Below are positions 48,391 to 58,605 of a stretch of DNA of 64,000 nucleotides, in pieces. The stretch is taken from contig DAITOK010000002.1 of NCBI GenBank assembly GCA_036834125.1, forward strand, positions 49,382 through 113,381. The letters run 5' to 3'. Numbering within the stretch: the stretch's first letter is position 1; every line of letters begins with the position of its first letter. Source of the DNA: Chloroflexota bacterium (GTDB taxonomy: Bacteria > Chloroflexota > Dehalococcoidia > GIF9 > AB-539-J10). The notes under the pieces are model-generated. The model searched no databases. It was not told the DNA's origin and saw nothing but the letters and a program-made list of their open reading frames with translations. Both the position numbers and the translations under genes were made by a program.

Positions 48391-49808
48391 GGTTTAATAT
48401 AGCTGCTGGGCTTGAATCCTTGAGCTTGAGCATCACCTTCCGAGATGAAGACAATCAAATTCTCAGGCTTAATTCTCCGAGCCCATTGACTGGCAGCACT
48501 ATGATACTTCCTATTTTCTATCTTCCCTTCATGCCAGTCTGAACTGGCAACATACTGAGGATTAAGCTCATGGTCACAATAGACACACCGTAAGGTCACA
48601 GGTTCACGGCTGATTATTTTGAACACAGGCTTTATATACCTTACTTCTGTTTCTTGGTTAGACACACAGTTTTTGTTAGGACACTTAACTCCGGTATCTC
48701 GCTTATAAACAGGATAATCTAGTTTCAGAGCAAAGGAGTCATCTTTTTCAGGGATTGCAACTTCTTTAGCTCCTAACAAAAGAGCAATGAGAGCCATTCT
48801 TACAGGCAGCCCGTAAGCTGCCTGCTTGAAGTACATGCTGCGTGGGTCGGCATCAAGTTCATAAGCTAGCTCATCAACCCGGGGTAAAGGATGCATAACA
48901 AGCGTTTTCTTAAATGCCTTGCCTTTAAGTAGTTTCTTATCCACCACAGGGTAGCCTTTCTTCAACTCCTGCACCTCTGCCTTAGGAGCATATCTTTCCT
49001 TTTGGAGTCTGGTGACGTATAAGGCGTCAATCCCTGCCCTCAGTTCTACTTGAATGCTCACGTCAGGCAACATGGCGAGCTGATGTGGGCTACTGGGGGT
49101 AATGTATATAGCATCTATGGGGAAGGGTCTTCTTTCCATCACCTTGTTCACTGCTTCGTACTTTTTCAGCTCACCCTTGTATTCTGTGCGTAGTCTCTTG
49201 AAGACATGCTCTGGCAGCTCCAGTTCTGGTCCGGGGCGGAAAAGAATCGTGGCACCGAACCTAGCTAGGGCGTAGATTAGCGAATGTACTGTTCGCCCGT
49301 GTTTCAAGTCACCCCACAGAGCAATTCTCAGTCCCTTGAGAGTCTTTCGCTCTTTTCTAATGGTGTAGAGATCGCACAAGGTTTGGGTAGGATGTTCATG
49401 GCTCCCGTCACCGGCGTTTATCACAGGGACGCCAGCATAGTCAGCAACTACCTTAGCAGCGCCTTCCCAGGGGTGCCTGAGCACAATTATGTCGGCGTAG
49501 CTTCCTACCACTTTAGCCATATCAGCAAGGCTCTCACCTTTAGCTAGAGAACTTGCTCCAATGTCCACGGCAGTTATGACACGTCCCCCGAGTCTAAGCA
49601 TTCCAGCTTCAAAAGATAGCCTGGTTCTGGTGCTAGGCTCAAAAAATAAACTAGCCATGATCTTGCCCTGACATAGTGCGGAGTATTTATTTGGTGAAGC
49701 AGCTATCTCATCTGCCAGAGCAAACAATGCTTCTATTTCCGCATTGGACAAATCATCTATTGTCACCAAGCTTCTATTTGCTAGATTCATGATTTCGCAG
49801 CCTTTCAT
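48387..49808 (-). CDS. pyrB: Aspartate carbamoyltransferase catalytic chain fused to a PyrI-type Zn domain and an Ada-like C-terminal domain
   Basis: [21 protein letters not shown] and HPLPR; then CPNKNC...CVYC; then YVAS...KYH...[20 protein letters not shown]. Confidence 0.92.
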   Translation of the reverse strand: MKGCEIMNLANRSLVTIDDLSNAEIEALFALADEIAASPNKYSALCQGKIMASLFFEPSTRTRLSFEAGMLRLGGRVITAVDIGASSLAKGESLADMAKVVGSYADIIVLRHPWEGAAKVVADYAGVPVINAGDGSHEHPTQTLCDLYTIRKERKTLKGLRIALWGDLKHGRTVHSLIYALARFGATILFRPGPELELPEHVFKRLRTEYKGELKKYEAVNKVMERRPFPIDAIYITPSSPHQLAMLPDVSIQVELRAGIDALYVTRLQKERYAPKAEVQELKKGYPVVDKKLLKGKAFKKTLVMHPLPRVDELAYELDADPRSMYFKQAAYGLPVRMALIALLLGAKEVAIPEKDDSFALKLDYPVYKRDTGVKCPNKNCVSNQETEVRYIKPVFKIISREPVTLRCVYCDHELNPQYVASSDWHEGKIENRKYHSAASQWARRIKPENLIVFISEGDAQAQGFKPSSYIKP

Positions 49809-50368
49809 TCTCCTTTGATTGGCTGTTTGTTTACCAGGTTTTCGATTATCACCTTATCAATGCCATCAGTCTCTTCAAGTAAAACTCGTATCTCCTCATC
49901 TCTCGAGCTCGGGATGTTTTTGCCCACGTAGTCGGCGCGGATAGGAAGCTCTCTATGACCACGGTCAATAAGAACAGCTAATTGAATCGTTCTTGGGCGC
50001 CCCAAATCTATCAAGGCATCCATAGCAGCACGAATACTTCGTCCGGTATAGAGAACATCGTCAACCAAGATTACTTGTTTATCGGTAATGTTAACGGGGA
50101 TGTAAGCATTGTTATTGCTCGGGTTTGCTGGCTTTGGATGCGGGAGGTCGTCGCGATAAAGGCTGATGTCCAGAGTGCCAGTAGGTATAGAAACTCCTTC
50201 GAAGCTGTGGATTATTTGAGCTATGCGTTGGGCTAAAGGCACTCCCCGAGTTCGCATGCCCACCAATACGAGATTCTGGGCGCCCTTATTTCTTTCTACA
50301 ATCTCATGGGCAATGCGAGCAAGTGCCCGATTTATCTCCCCTGAGGTTAGGAGGATTTTTTCAGGCAT
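49805..50368 (-). CDS. pyrR: Bifunctional pyr operon regulator / uracil phosphoribosyltransferase
   Basis: [31 protein letters not shown] and [17 protein letters not shown] motifs; start taken at ATG 50368. Confidence 0.96.
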   Translation of the reverse strand: MPEKILLTSGEINRALARIAHEIVERNKGAQNLVLVGMRTRGVPLAQRIAQIIHSFEGVSIPTGTLDISLYRDDLPHPKPANPSNNNAYIPVNITDKQVILVDDVLYTGRSIRAAMDALIDLGRPRTIQLAVLIDRGHRELPIRADYVGKNIPSSRDEEIRVLLEETDGIDKVIIENLVNKQPIKGE

Positions 50369-50372
50369 CAAA

Positions 50373-50404
50373 AAACCTCCTGCCTTCACACTGGCAAGAG
50401 GTTT
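50373..50404 (-). terminator. Attenuator hairpin that includes the pyrR SD
   Basis: AAACCTCTTGCC-agtgtgaa-GGCAGGAGGTTT followed by TT; GGAGG lies in the 3' arm. Confidence 0.75.
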
Positions 50405-50444
50405 CAATTGGTGGTTTTGCTACGGTATGATTAAGCACCTTTCC

Positions 50445-50476
50445 CCTTACCAGCCTCGCTGGACTGATTTAAAGGC
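50445..50476 (-). promoter_or_regulatory. PyrR-binding RNA element
   Basis: Minus strand CCTTTAA-atc-AGTCCAGcGAGGCTG-gt-AAGG matches the PyrR binding-loop consensus. Confidence 0.9.
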
Positions 50477-50483
50477 TTGATAA

Positions 50484-50512
50484 ATTATGCCACAAGCGTG
50501 GAAATAAAGCAA
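50484..50512 (-). promoter_or_regulatory. pyr operon promoter TTGCTT-17-(TGg)CATAAT
   Basis: Read directly, immediately upstream of the PyrR element. Confidence 0.7.
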
Positions 50513-50533
50513 CTATAGGTGCTAAGCTTTGAA

Positions 50534-50595
50534 TGCAGGGAGATTTCCCTGCAATTTGGCTAGGGAAAGGGGCAGCTTGGAGCTACCCCTTTCCC
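50534..50595 (-). terminator. Two tandem hairpins after ftsZ
   Basis: 15-bp stem at 50563-50595 (one G-U pair on the minus strand) and perfect 8-bp stem TGCAGGGA/TCCCTGCA at 50534-50553; no long U tract. Confidence 0.5.
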
Positions 50596-50613
50596 CCCAA
50601 ATGAGGCTTAGGT

Positions 50614-51756
50614 TTACTGCTTAGAAACTTTTGGCGCTGGCACTGTAGATATAGGGGTTGTGGTTGGGGTGTTTGCCTGTACCGGGGAGTAGGGTAGAGA
50701 AGCCGGCCGGCGCGGACGGCGCAAGAACGAGGGAGCGTCGAGCGTTTCGCCACCGCCTCTAACCAAACGGCGAAGCTCTTCAGTCGCGGCTCCTCCCTGG
50801 CCATATTGAGTAACAAAACCTGTGGCAATGACCGTTATTTGGATTTCGCTGTCCATCTTGGGGTCGTAGACCACGCCGAAGATGATGTTTGCTTCAGGGT
50901 CTACTGCCTGAGCAATTGATTGAGCAGCCTCGTTGCATTCGAACAAGGTCAAGCTGGGACCACCGGTTATGTTGAACAGCACACCCTTAGCTCCAGTTAT
51001 GGATACATCGAGCAACGGGCTGGCGAGAGCAATCTTGGCAGCTTCGGCAGCACGGTTTTGTCCACTGGCTCGGCCGACAGACATCCAGGCTGGACCGGCA
51101 TCCTTCATTACTGACTTGATGTCAGCAAAATCTAGGTTGATTAAACCAGGGACGGTCACCACTTCAGAAATGGCTTTAACCCCGAGGAAAAGAGCGTTGT
51201 CAGCCAGTCGGAAGGCACTATCCACAGGCGTCTTAGCATCGCAGAGCTGAAGAAGACGGTCGTTAGGTACGATGATAAGGGTATCAACCTTACTGGTTAA
51301 AGCCATTAATCCTTCTTCGGCTGTTCTCGCTCTATGCGCTCCCTCGAAGGAGAATGGTTTGGTTACCACGGCAATAGTGAGAGCACCGGACTTTTTGGCG
51401 ATTTCCGCCACAATAGGAATACCACCTGTGCCTGTGCCCCCTCCCATACCGGCAGTGACAAACACCATATCGGCACCTTTAACGAGGTCTTCAATTATTT
51501 CGCGGCTTTCTTCCGCTGCTTTAGCTCCAACCTTGTGATCACCCCCGGCACCCAAACCCCTGGTTAATTTCTCACCCAGTTGAATTCTAGTAGGGGCTTC
51601 AGCCAGGGCTAACGCTTGACCATCGGTATTCATGGCTACGAAGTCAACGCCTTTTATGCCCTCCCGAACCATACGGGTAATGGCATTGCATCCGCCGCCA
51701 CCAATGCCTATGGCCATAATTTTTGCTGGACTTGGAGTATAAATTTGCTTTGCCAT
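50614..51756 (-). CDS. ftsZ: Cell division protein FtsZ
   Basis: GIGGGGCNA, AGMGGGTGTG, INLDFAD and LDAPSFLRR motifs. Confidence 0.98.
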   Translation of the reverse strand: MAKQIYTPSPAKIMAIGIGGGGCNAITRMVREGIKGVDFVAMNTDGQALALAEAPTRIQLGEKLTRGLGAGGDHKVGAKAAEESREIIEDLVKGADMVFVTAGMGGGTGTGGIPIVAEIAKKSGALTIAVVTKPFSFEGAHRARTAEEGLMALTSKVDTLIIVPNDRLLQLCDAKTPVDSAFRLADNALFLGVKAISEVVTVPGLINLDFADIKSVMKDAGPAWMSVGRASGQNRAAEAAKIALASPLLDVSITGAKGVLFNITGGPSLTLFECNEAAQSIAQAVDPEANIIFGVVYDPKMDSEIQITVIATGFVTQYGQGGAATEELRRLVRGGGETLDAPSFLRRPRRPASLPYSPVQANTPTTTPISTVPAPKVSKQ

Positions 51757-51775
51757 TCTAACCTCCTTTCACAAA

Positions 51776-52999
51776 TCAGGCACGAAATAGCCTTCTAAAG
51801 AAATTTACGAAGCCACCAAGGACCCCAGCTCTCTTTACTTGCAAAGCTGATCCTTCTCTGCCGCGCACCTGCCATAGTATTAATCCCAGTGTGGTGGCGT
51901 AAGACGGGTCATGAAGGATATCGGAGATCCCATAGATGCCCGTGTTCAAGGGGCGACCTTTGCGTACTGGCATTCGTAGCAGTGTCTGAGCTAGCTCATC
52001 GAGGCCGGGCAGATTAGCTGTACCGCCGGTTAATACCAAGCCGAAAGGTGCTAGGGTGTGATAATCACTGGTAGGCATTTCCAACAATATGAGTTGGAGT
52101 AATTCTTCCATACGAGCCCGGACAATATTGCACAGGTCTTTGTAAGAAGCACTATGACCATTTTCGATACCTACCTGTACCGTCTCATCAAGCTGTAGGT
52201 TGGGGGTGACATTGGCATACCTCTTCTTCATCTTTTCTGCGATGTTGAAAGGTAAGCCCAGTCCTATGGAGATATCGCTGGTCACTTGGTAACCGGCTAC
52301 AGGGATGACGGAAGTGTGGTAGATACTGCCATTTTTAAATACTGCTATGTCTGTAGTGCCGCCCCCAATGTCAGCCATGATAACACCTGCCTCTCTTTCT
52401 TCGGGAGTTAGCACTGCTTCTGCACTGGCGAGAGGCTCAAGGACTAAATCCTCGACATCAACGCCAGCACTGCGGACACATTTGGCCAGGTTTTGTATCG
52501 AAGTCACTGAAGCAGTTACGATATGGGTTTCCACATCTAACCTGGTGGCATGCATACCTACTGGCTGTTTCACTCCTTCTTGTCCATCCAAAGCGTAATA
52601 TCGAGGAATAGCATGGAGCACTTTCTTTCCTTCGGCGACGGCAATATTACGAGCTGCAGACAGCACCCGTTTAAGGTCTTGGGGACGGACCAGTCTGTCC
52701 TCTCGAGGAATAGCCACTACCCCTCGATTGTTCAGACTGCTGACATGTCGGCCGGTGACTCCAACGTAGGCAGAATCTATGCGTATGCCGCTGATTCTTT
52801 GTGCTTCTCTTACCGATGCAATGACAGATTGTTTGGCTTCATCCATATTGACTACGACGCCTTTGTGCATGCCATGAGAAGGCACGACTCCCACCCCCAA
52901 AACTTCAATATCGTCTTCTCCTTTAACGTTAGCCACGATAGTGGCGATTTTGGTGGTGCCAACATCAATAGCTGAAACGATTCTTTTTGCCATTTTCAC
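51776..52999 (-). CDS. ftsA: Cell division protein FtsA
   Basis: IDVGTTKI, DIGGGTTD and VLTGGTA motifs; C-terminal amphipathic helix. Confidence 0.96.
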   Translation of the reverse strand: MKMAKRIVSAIDVGTTKIATIVANVKGEDDIEVLGVGVVPSHGMHKGVVVNMDEAKQSVIASVREAQRISGIRIDSAYVGVTGRHVSSLNNRGVVAIPREDRLVRPQDLKRVLSAARNIAVAEGKKVLHAIPRYYALDGQEGVKQPVGMHATRLDVETHIVTASVTSIQNLAKCVRSAGVDVEDLVLEPLASAEAVLTPEEREAGVIMADIGGGTTDIAVFKNGSIYHTSVIPVAGYQVTSDISIGLGLPFNIAEKMKKRYANVTPNLQLDETVQVGIENGHSASYKDLCNIVRARMEELLQLILLEMPTSDYHTLAPFGLVLTGGTANLPGLDELAQTLLRMPVRKGRPLNTGIYGISDILHDPSYATTLGLILWQVRGREGSALQVKRAGVLGGFVNFFRRLFRA

Positions 53000-53024
53000 C
53001 TCCTTTTTTGCTGAGAATGCTTGC

Positions 53025-53969
53025 CTAGCTGAGTCGCTCGGCTATCCTTAATCTGGCGCTGCGACTGCGTGGGTTGGATTCTATCTCCAACGAGGTAGGT
53101 CTAATAACCTTCCGTGAGATGAGCTTCAAGGTGGGCATATGCCCACAGCGACAGACTACTGTGCCCGGGGGACATACACAGTCGCTGGCAGCGTATCTCA
53201 TGAATTGCTTAACCATACGGTCTTCTAGAGAATGATAGCTGATGACTGCTAATCTCCCGCCGGGACGAAGGAGGGTGATGGTTTGTTTAAGGGCCAACTC
53301 GAGATTTTGGAGTTCACTGTTGACCGCAATGCGAAGCGCCATGAAGGTTCTTGTAACAGGGTGAATTTTGCCCCGATGTCTCAGGGCACCAGAAGCCTGC
53401 TCTATTAAATGAGCAAGCTCTACGGTGGTGGTGATGGGGCGATTTCGGACGATTTGGCGCGCTATCCGCCGACTGTGACGCTCTTCACCGTATTTCTTTA
53501 GGAGCTTCGCTAACTCTTCCTCTGGGAAGGTATTGACAATGTCGGAGGCGGTCAAAGCTTGTCGAGGGTTGAACCTCATATCCAGAGGAGCATTGAGCTG
53601 GAAGCTGAAGCCGCGTTCGGCTGTATCCAGTTGCAGGGACGAGACACCGAGGTCGAAGAGAATACCGTCAACTGGATGAAATTGGTATTCTCTGCATATC
53701 GCTTCGAGGTTAACAAAATTGTCGTTAACCAGAATAACTTCTTCACCGTAACTGCTGAGCCTGATTTGGCTTAATCTGATGGCTTCAGGATCAGCATCAA
53801 TGCCCAAAAGTCTTCCTGTAGGGGAGATCTTTTCCAGTATGGCTGCTGCATGACTGCCCAGACCGACAGTGCAGTCAACATAGTAGCCCCCTGGTCGAAC
53901 CTGTAACCCGGCTATGACCTCGTTAAGCAGAACGGGCACATGGACTGGTATAGGCATGGTGACGCTCAT
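53025..53969 (-). CDS. rsmH: 16S rRNA m4C1402 methyltransferase
   Basis: [34 protein letters not shown] and NPRSRSA motifs. Confidence 0.97.
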   Translation of the reverse strand: MSVTMPIPVHVPVLLNEVIAGLQVRPGGYYVDCTVGLGSHAAAILEKISPTGRLLGIDADPEAIRLSQIRLSSYGEEVILVNDNFVNLEAICREYQFHPVDGILFDLGVSSLQLDTAERGFSFQLNAPLDMRFNPRQALTASDIVNTFPEEELAKLLKKYGEERHSRRIARQIVRNRPITTTVELAHLIEQASGALRHRGKIHPVTRTFMALRIAVNSELQNLELALKQTITLLRPGGRLAVISYHSLEDRMVKQFMRYAASDCVCPPGTVVCRCGHMPTLKLISRKVIRPTSLEIESNPRSRSARLRIAERLS

Positions 53970-53972
53970 CCA

Positions 53973-54395
53973 CTATACTCCGCTTTCAATTATCTGGGAT
54001 GCCTGTTCGTCAGCCAAAGCTTTAGCGGCTCTCCATCCTTCTTCGTTCCAAATCTCGACGTAAGTGTTAGCGCCGACAACAATCGCCGTGTCTCGAATCT
54101 CAGCGTATGCGCGGAACGAGTCGGGCAGCTTTATGCGTCCCTGCCCATCGAACGTGGTGCTGTAGGCAGACGGGAAAATAGCGCGATTTAACTTCCTTAG
54201 GTTGGCGGGAGTCAATGCCTTTTCAGCAAGCTTGTCCGCCAGGCGCTTCCATTCTTTTGCCGGGTAAACGGTAATACACTTTTCTCCCATCCCCTTGGTC
54301 AGTATCACGCCGTCCTTCATCTCTCGCCTGAATTTCGGTGGCAAGGGCACTCTGCCTTTCTCATCCACTTTATATGGGTACTCACCGAAGAACAT
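53973..54395 (-). CDS. mraZ: Transcriptional regulator MraZ
   Basis: MFFGEY...DEKGRV.LP and D.QGRI motifs. Confidence 0.95.
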   Translation of the reverse strand: MFFGEYPYKVDEKGRVPLPPKFRREMKDGVILTKGMGEKCITVYPAKEWKRLADKLAEKALTPANLRKLNRAIFPSAYSTTFDGQGRIKLPDSFRAYAEIRDTAIVVGANTYVEIWNEEGWRAAKALADEQASQIIESGV

Positions 54396-54411
54396 TTTGT
54401 TACCTCAGTTT

Positions 54412-54489
54412 CCCACACAAACCCACAGTGTTACTCCATTTATCCCGCTGTTGATGGTCTTTTCCACCATTTTTCCCCATTTCTCCCCA
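54412..54489 (-). promoter_or_regulatory. MraZ operator array (about 10-bp phased TGGGN/GTGG boxes)
   Basis: Boxes at plus-strand 54485, 54475, 54464, 54444, 54434, 54422 and 54412. Confidence 0.7.
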
Positions 54490-54496
54490 CAATGCT

Positions 54497-54524
54497 ATTA
54501 TAAACCTTACCCTTGTTTTGTCAA
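54497..54524 (-). promoter_or_regulatory. mraZ promoter TTGACA-16-TATAAT
   Basis: Read directly. Confidence 0.8.
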
Positions 54525-54692
54525 TACTTTGTGAGGGATTTTTTTGAAAAAATTGGATAATTTTTTCGAAGCGGCGTCGAAACCGGATTAAGTTGAGTCA
54601 GTGAACATACTGTTCTTTATGCCCAGGAGACTTTGTTTTATCTTAGGCCGTATGGTAAGATATGAGGTTTGAAGGCTCTCGGTTAGGAAACC

Positions 54693-55433
54693 ATGCGTAT
54701 TGATATCTTGTGTCTTTTCCCGGAAACGTTTACCTCTCCACTCAACCAGAGCATCATAAAGCGTGCTCGGGAGCGGGACTTGGTGGATATTGTGGTTCAC
54801 AATATTCGCGATTATACGCATGATAAGCACCGTACTGTTGATGACTATCCTTATGGCGGGGGACCCGGCATGGTGCTCAAGCCCGAGCCTATCTTCGAAG
54901 CAGTCGAAGCAGTAAAGGAGCAACTGGATGTGGGTGAAGTTCCTATCATATTGCTGAGCCCGCAGGGTCGGCTTTTTTCTCAATCTGTGGCGCAGGAACT
55001 AGCCCGTCACTCCAATCTAATAGTGATTTGTGGGCACTATGAAGGGGTGGACGAGAGAGTGTGCCAGTACTTAGCCACTGATGAAATTAGTATTGGGGAT
55101 TATGTCCTGAGCGGGGGAGAATTGGCTGCCTTAGTGGTGGTGGACGCTGTGACCAGGCTGATACCAGGAGTGGTCAGCTCACAAGAATCGGTCAGCCACG
55201 ATTCTCACAGCGACGGGCTTTTGGAATACCCTCAATATACCAGGCCACAGGTATATCGAGGTTGGTCAGTACCGTCAGTTCTACTTTCAGGGAATCATGG
55301 CGAGATCGCTCAATGGCGACGACGCCAGGCGCTCCTGCGAACGGCAAAACGGCGCTCTGACCTTTTAGAAAAAGTTAATCTTGGCGAAGAGGAACGAAAA
55401 TGGATATTAGAGAATTTGTCAAACCCAAAATGA
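54693..55433 (+). CDS. trmD: tRNA (guanine-N1)-methyltransferase
   Basis: [33 protein letters not shown] and LEYPQYTRP motifs. Confidence 0.97.
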   Translation: MRIDILCLFPETFTSPLNQSIIKRARERDLVDIVVHNIRDYTHDKHRTVDDYPYGGGPGMVLKPEPIFEAVEAVKEQLDVGEVPIILLSPQGRLFSQSVAQELARHSNLIVICGHYEGVDERVCQYLATDEISIGDYVLSGGELAALVVVDAVTRLIPGVVSSQESVSHDSHSDGLLEYPQYTRPQVYRGWSVPSVLLSGNHGEIAQWRRRQALLRTAKRRSDLLEKVNLGEEERKWILENLSNPK

Positions 55434-55831
55434 ATTCCAGTATTCCGCAGGTTTCCCCGGGCGATACAGTTAGAGTTAGCTTGAAGACGAAGGAAGGGGA
55501 GAAGGAGAGAGTGCAGTACTTCCAGGGGGTTGTGATTAAAATGAGGAAGGGGGTTGATGGAGGAAGCTTCACGGTAAGGAGAGTATCTTACGGCGTTGGT
55601 GTGGAACGTACTTTCCCATTTCAATCTCCCTCTGTGCAGAGTGTGGAGGTGCTCAGACACGGACGAGTGCGCCGTGCCAAACTCTACTATATACGCAGAC
55701 TCAGTGTTAAGCAGGCTCGTTTGAAGGAAAGGCGAGAGCAGATATTGGAAGAAGCCTTGCCTCAGGAGGAACCTCAAGGGGCAGAGCTTCTAGGGGAAGT
55801 ACCTCAACAAAAGGAACAGGCTGTTGAATGA
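55400..55831 (+). CDS. rplS: 50S ribosomal protein L19 with acidic C-terminal tail
   Basis: [21 protein letters not shown] and [10 protein letters not shown] motifs. Confidence 0.96.
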   Translation: MDIREFVKPKMNSSIPQVSPGDTVRVSLKTKEGEKERVQYFQGVVIKMRKGVDGGSFTVRRVSYGVGVERTFPFQSPSVQSVEVLRHGRVRRAKLYYIRRLSVKQARLKERREQILEEALPQEEPQGAELLGEVPQQKEQAVE

Positions 55832-58251
55832 AGTATGTGGAGGTGGCAGTAAATTCGCCAGGGAGCCGAGCCACTTTTAGCTACGCCATACCATCAAGGT
55901 TCAGTACTGGCATTGGACAAGGTGTTTGGGTTCCGTTTGGCTCTCGGGTTGTCCAGGGGATTGTGCTAGGGTTATCTGATGAGCCGGCGGTCGCAGAGAT
56001 CAAAGAAATACTTGGTGTTATTGCTGATTTTCCTGTACTTTCCTCCACGCAAATAGAGCTTGCCCGATGGATAAGCCAATACTATCACTCTACACTCTTC
56101 GATGCCTTAGCTTTGATGTTGCCTCCAGGCTTTGAAAGACAAGCCATCACTTATTTCCAATTGACAAGTTCCCCAGCAGATTTGTCCCTAACACCGGACC
56201 AAGAGCAGTTTCTTGACATTATCCGAAGGAAAAAGAAGACAAGCTTACTTGAGCTGGAGAAAATCCTTGGCAGAAGAAAAGCCAGACAAATCGCTGGCCA
56301 CTTGTTAGCCCGTGGGCTAATTATTAAAACTCTGGAATTGGGCAAGGCAAAGGTCAAGCCCAAAACAGTTTCTTATATTAAGCTAATAGCTGCGGAAAGT
56401 GAAATTGAAGCAGCCAAGATTCGGTTGAACAAATCTAGAGCTTACAAGCAAGTTGAACTCTTAAAATTTCTAGCTAGACAAACTCAACCCATTTCACTTA
56501 GCGAACTACGGAAAATGTTCAAAGTTTCTCCAGCTACTATCAAAGCTCTAGAAAGATGCCACTTGGTCTCCCTGGAAAAAGTCAGAGTAAAGCGTGACCC
56601 TTTATCTCGTTTCAGCTTCACTCCTTCTTCGCCACCGGCTCTCACTTCATCTCAACAAGCTGCTTGGCAAGCGCTCCGAGATGTTATTGTGAACGGAGCT
56701 AGACAATCTGGCAAAACACCTGTTTTTCTGCTGTTCGGTGTTACTGGTAGTGGCAAGACCGAGATTTATTTGCGAGCTCTGGAGCAAGTCATCACCAGCG
56801 GGAAGCGCGGGATTTGTCTTATTCCGGAAATTGCCTTGACTCAACAAACAGTAGAGAGATTTGCTAGTCGCTTCCCTGGGCGTATAGCTGTACTGCACAG
56901 CGGGCTTTCTCCAGGAGAACAGTTCGACGAATGGCAGTGGATAAGGGAGGGGAACTGCGACGTGGTTATTGGGCCAAGGAGCGCCCTGTTTGCGCCGTTG
57001 CCCAATCTAGGTCTTATCATCATTGATGAAGAGCATGAATGGACATACAAGCAAGAAGAGAAATCGCCTCGCTATCACGCTCGAGATGTTGCCATTAAGT
57101 TGGCTGAACTCAATAACGCTGTGGTCATTTTAGGTAGTGCTACACCTGATGTTGGCAGCTTCTATAAAGCACAGCAAGGCGAATATCAGCTCATAGAGCT
57201 AAAAGAAAGAATTACTCCTCGTGGTTATTCTCCTCTTCCCGAAGTAAGCATAGTAGATTTGAGGGAGGAACTTAAATCTGGGCACACAAGTTTACTTAGC
57301 CGTTCTTTGTTAGCGGCTATGAAAGAAACCTTGGCGCAAGGCGAGCAAAGTATTCTTTTCCTCAACCGCCGGGGCACATCTACCTTTGTTCGATGTGGTA
57401 ACTGTGGCTTCGTTTTTCGCTGTCCTCGCTGCTCTATAGCTCTTACTTACCATTCTGTAGAGAAAAGATTAATTTGTCATCGTTGCCGCTATTTTGTTCC
57501 GATAGCTACGAGTTGTCCGCAGTGCTTTCGGCGCCACCTCAGATTTCTGGGTATCGGCACACAAAGGGTGGAGGAGGAGGTGAAGTATTTCTTTCCCGAA
57601 GCAAGGGTACTTCGCTGGGATAGAGATGTGATTACCAAAAAATATACCCATGAGGACTTGTTGAAAGACTTTCGCGACTGCAAAGCAGATGTTCTTATTG
57701 GCACCCAGATGATCGCTAAAGGATTAGACCTGCCTCAGGTGACTTTAGCTGGTGTGATCAACGCCGATATTGGTCTTAATTTTCCTGATTTCCGAAGTAG
57801 CGAGCGCACCTTCCAGCTCTTGTGTCAAGTGGCAGGAAGAGCCGGACGGGGGGTCAAAGCTGGAAAAGTGATCATCCAGACCTACTCTCCTGATAATTAT
57901 GCTATTGAAGCTGCTGCTAAGCATGATTATCTCGGCTTCTACAGCAAGGAAATAGAATATCGCCGCGAGTACAACTATCCCCCTTTCAGCCGGTTGGTGC
58001 GGTTGGTTTATACTCACACCAACGAGGCATCCTGCCGTCGTGAAGTGGAACGGATTTACCACCTGATAGCTGATAGCTGGCGGCCGACAGATGGTAGCAT
58101 AATTGGTCCCGTGCCTGCCTTTGCTTTCCGAGTCAGAGACAGGTATCGCTGGCAGCTTTTTCTTCGCGGTCCGAACCCCGCCCCAATATTATCTCAGGTC
58201 ACTTTGCGACCAGGTTGGACTGTAGACGTTGACCCAGTAGAAATGGTTTGA
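55828..58251 (+). CDS. priA: Primosomal protein N'
   Basis: GVTGSGKTEIY, DEEHE, LNRRG, CxxC pairs, GTQMIAKGLD and QVAGRAGR motifs. Confidence 0.97.
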   Translation: MKYVEVAVNSPGSRATFSYAIPSRFSTGIGQGVWVPFGSRVVQGIVLGLSDEPAVAEIKEILGVIADFPVLSSTQIELARWISQYYHSTLFDALALMLPPGFERQAITYFQLTSSPADLSLTPDQEQFLDIIRRKKKTSLLELEKILGRRKARQIAGHLLARGLIIKTLELGKAKVKPKTVSYIKLIAAESEIEAAKIRLNKSRAYKQVELLKFLARQTQPISLSELRKMFKVSPATIKALERCHLVSLEKVRVKRDPLSRFSFTPSSPPALTSSQQAAWQALRDVIVNGARQSGKTPVFLLFGVTGSGKTEIYLRALEQVITSGKRGICLIPEIALTQQTVERFASRFPGRIAVLHSGLSPGEQFDEWQWIREGNCDVVIGPRSALFAPLPNLGLIIIDEEHEWTYKQEEKSPRYHARDVAIKLAELNNAVVILGSATPDVGSFYKAQQGEYQLIELKERITPRGYSPLPEVSIVDLREELKSGHTSLLSRSLLAAMKETLAQGEQSILFLNRRGTSTFVRCGNCGFVFRCPRCSIALTYHSVEKRLICHRCRYFVPIATSCPQCFRRHLRFLGIGTQRVEEEVKYFFPEARVLRWDRDVITKKYTHEDLLKDFRDCKADVLIGTQMIAKGLDLPQVTLAGVINADIGLNFPDFRSSERTFQLLCQVAGRAGRGVKAGKVIIQTYSPDNYAIEAAAKHDYLGFYSKEIEYRREYNYPPFSRLVRLVYTHTNEASCRREVERIYHLIADSWRPTDGSIIGPVPAFAFRVRDRYRWQLFLRGPNPAPILSQVTLRPGWTVDVDPVEMV

Positions 58252-58316
58252 GTTTGCAAGCATTTGTCTACAGCTAGCAATTGCCGAGGAAAATTACCTT
58301 CCGTTTTTATAGCTTG

Positions 58317-58601
58317 TCATCCACCAACGGCAGGTGGAAAGACGTGCAGCACGTCTCCTTCTTTTAGCGCGTTGCTCTTCAGATTTCGCAAAGCGATGCC
58401 GTTCAGCAAAATGAGCGAATAGTCCTGTATCTTGCCGTCGAGGCGAATTCCGGCATCTGCAAGTTTTTCCCGGAGCTGAGAACCGAATTTCTCATCGAGC
58501 TGGATTAGTGCCTCATCTATATTGTCGGCTTGCAAGGTGGCGCTGTCTATACCCAGATAAGAACGCCAGAGGCTATAGAAGCGTACCAAAATTAAAGCCA
58601 T
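58317..58601 (-). CDS. MoaD/ThiS family sulfur carrier
   Basis: Beta-grasp pattern ILLNG...LKEGD...FPPAVGG with a C-terminal GG. Confidence 0.9.
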   Translation of the reverse strand: MALILVRFYSLWRSYLGIDSATLQADNIDEALIQLDEKFGSQLREKLADAGIRLDGKIQDYSLILLNGIALRNLKSNALKEGDVLHVFPPAVGG

Positions 58602-58605
58602 GTCT

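Noticed and set aside
54603-54615. LexA/SOS box GAAC-N-GTTC upstream of trmD
   Set aside because: The spacer is 5 nt rather than the 4 nt of the Gram-positive/Chloroflexota box.
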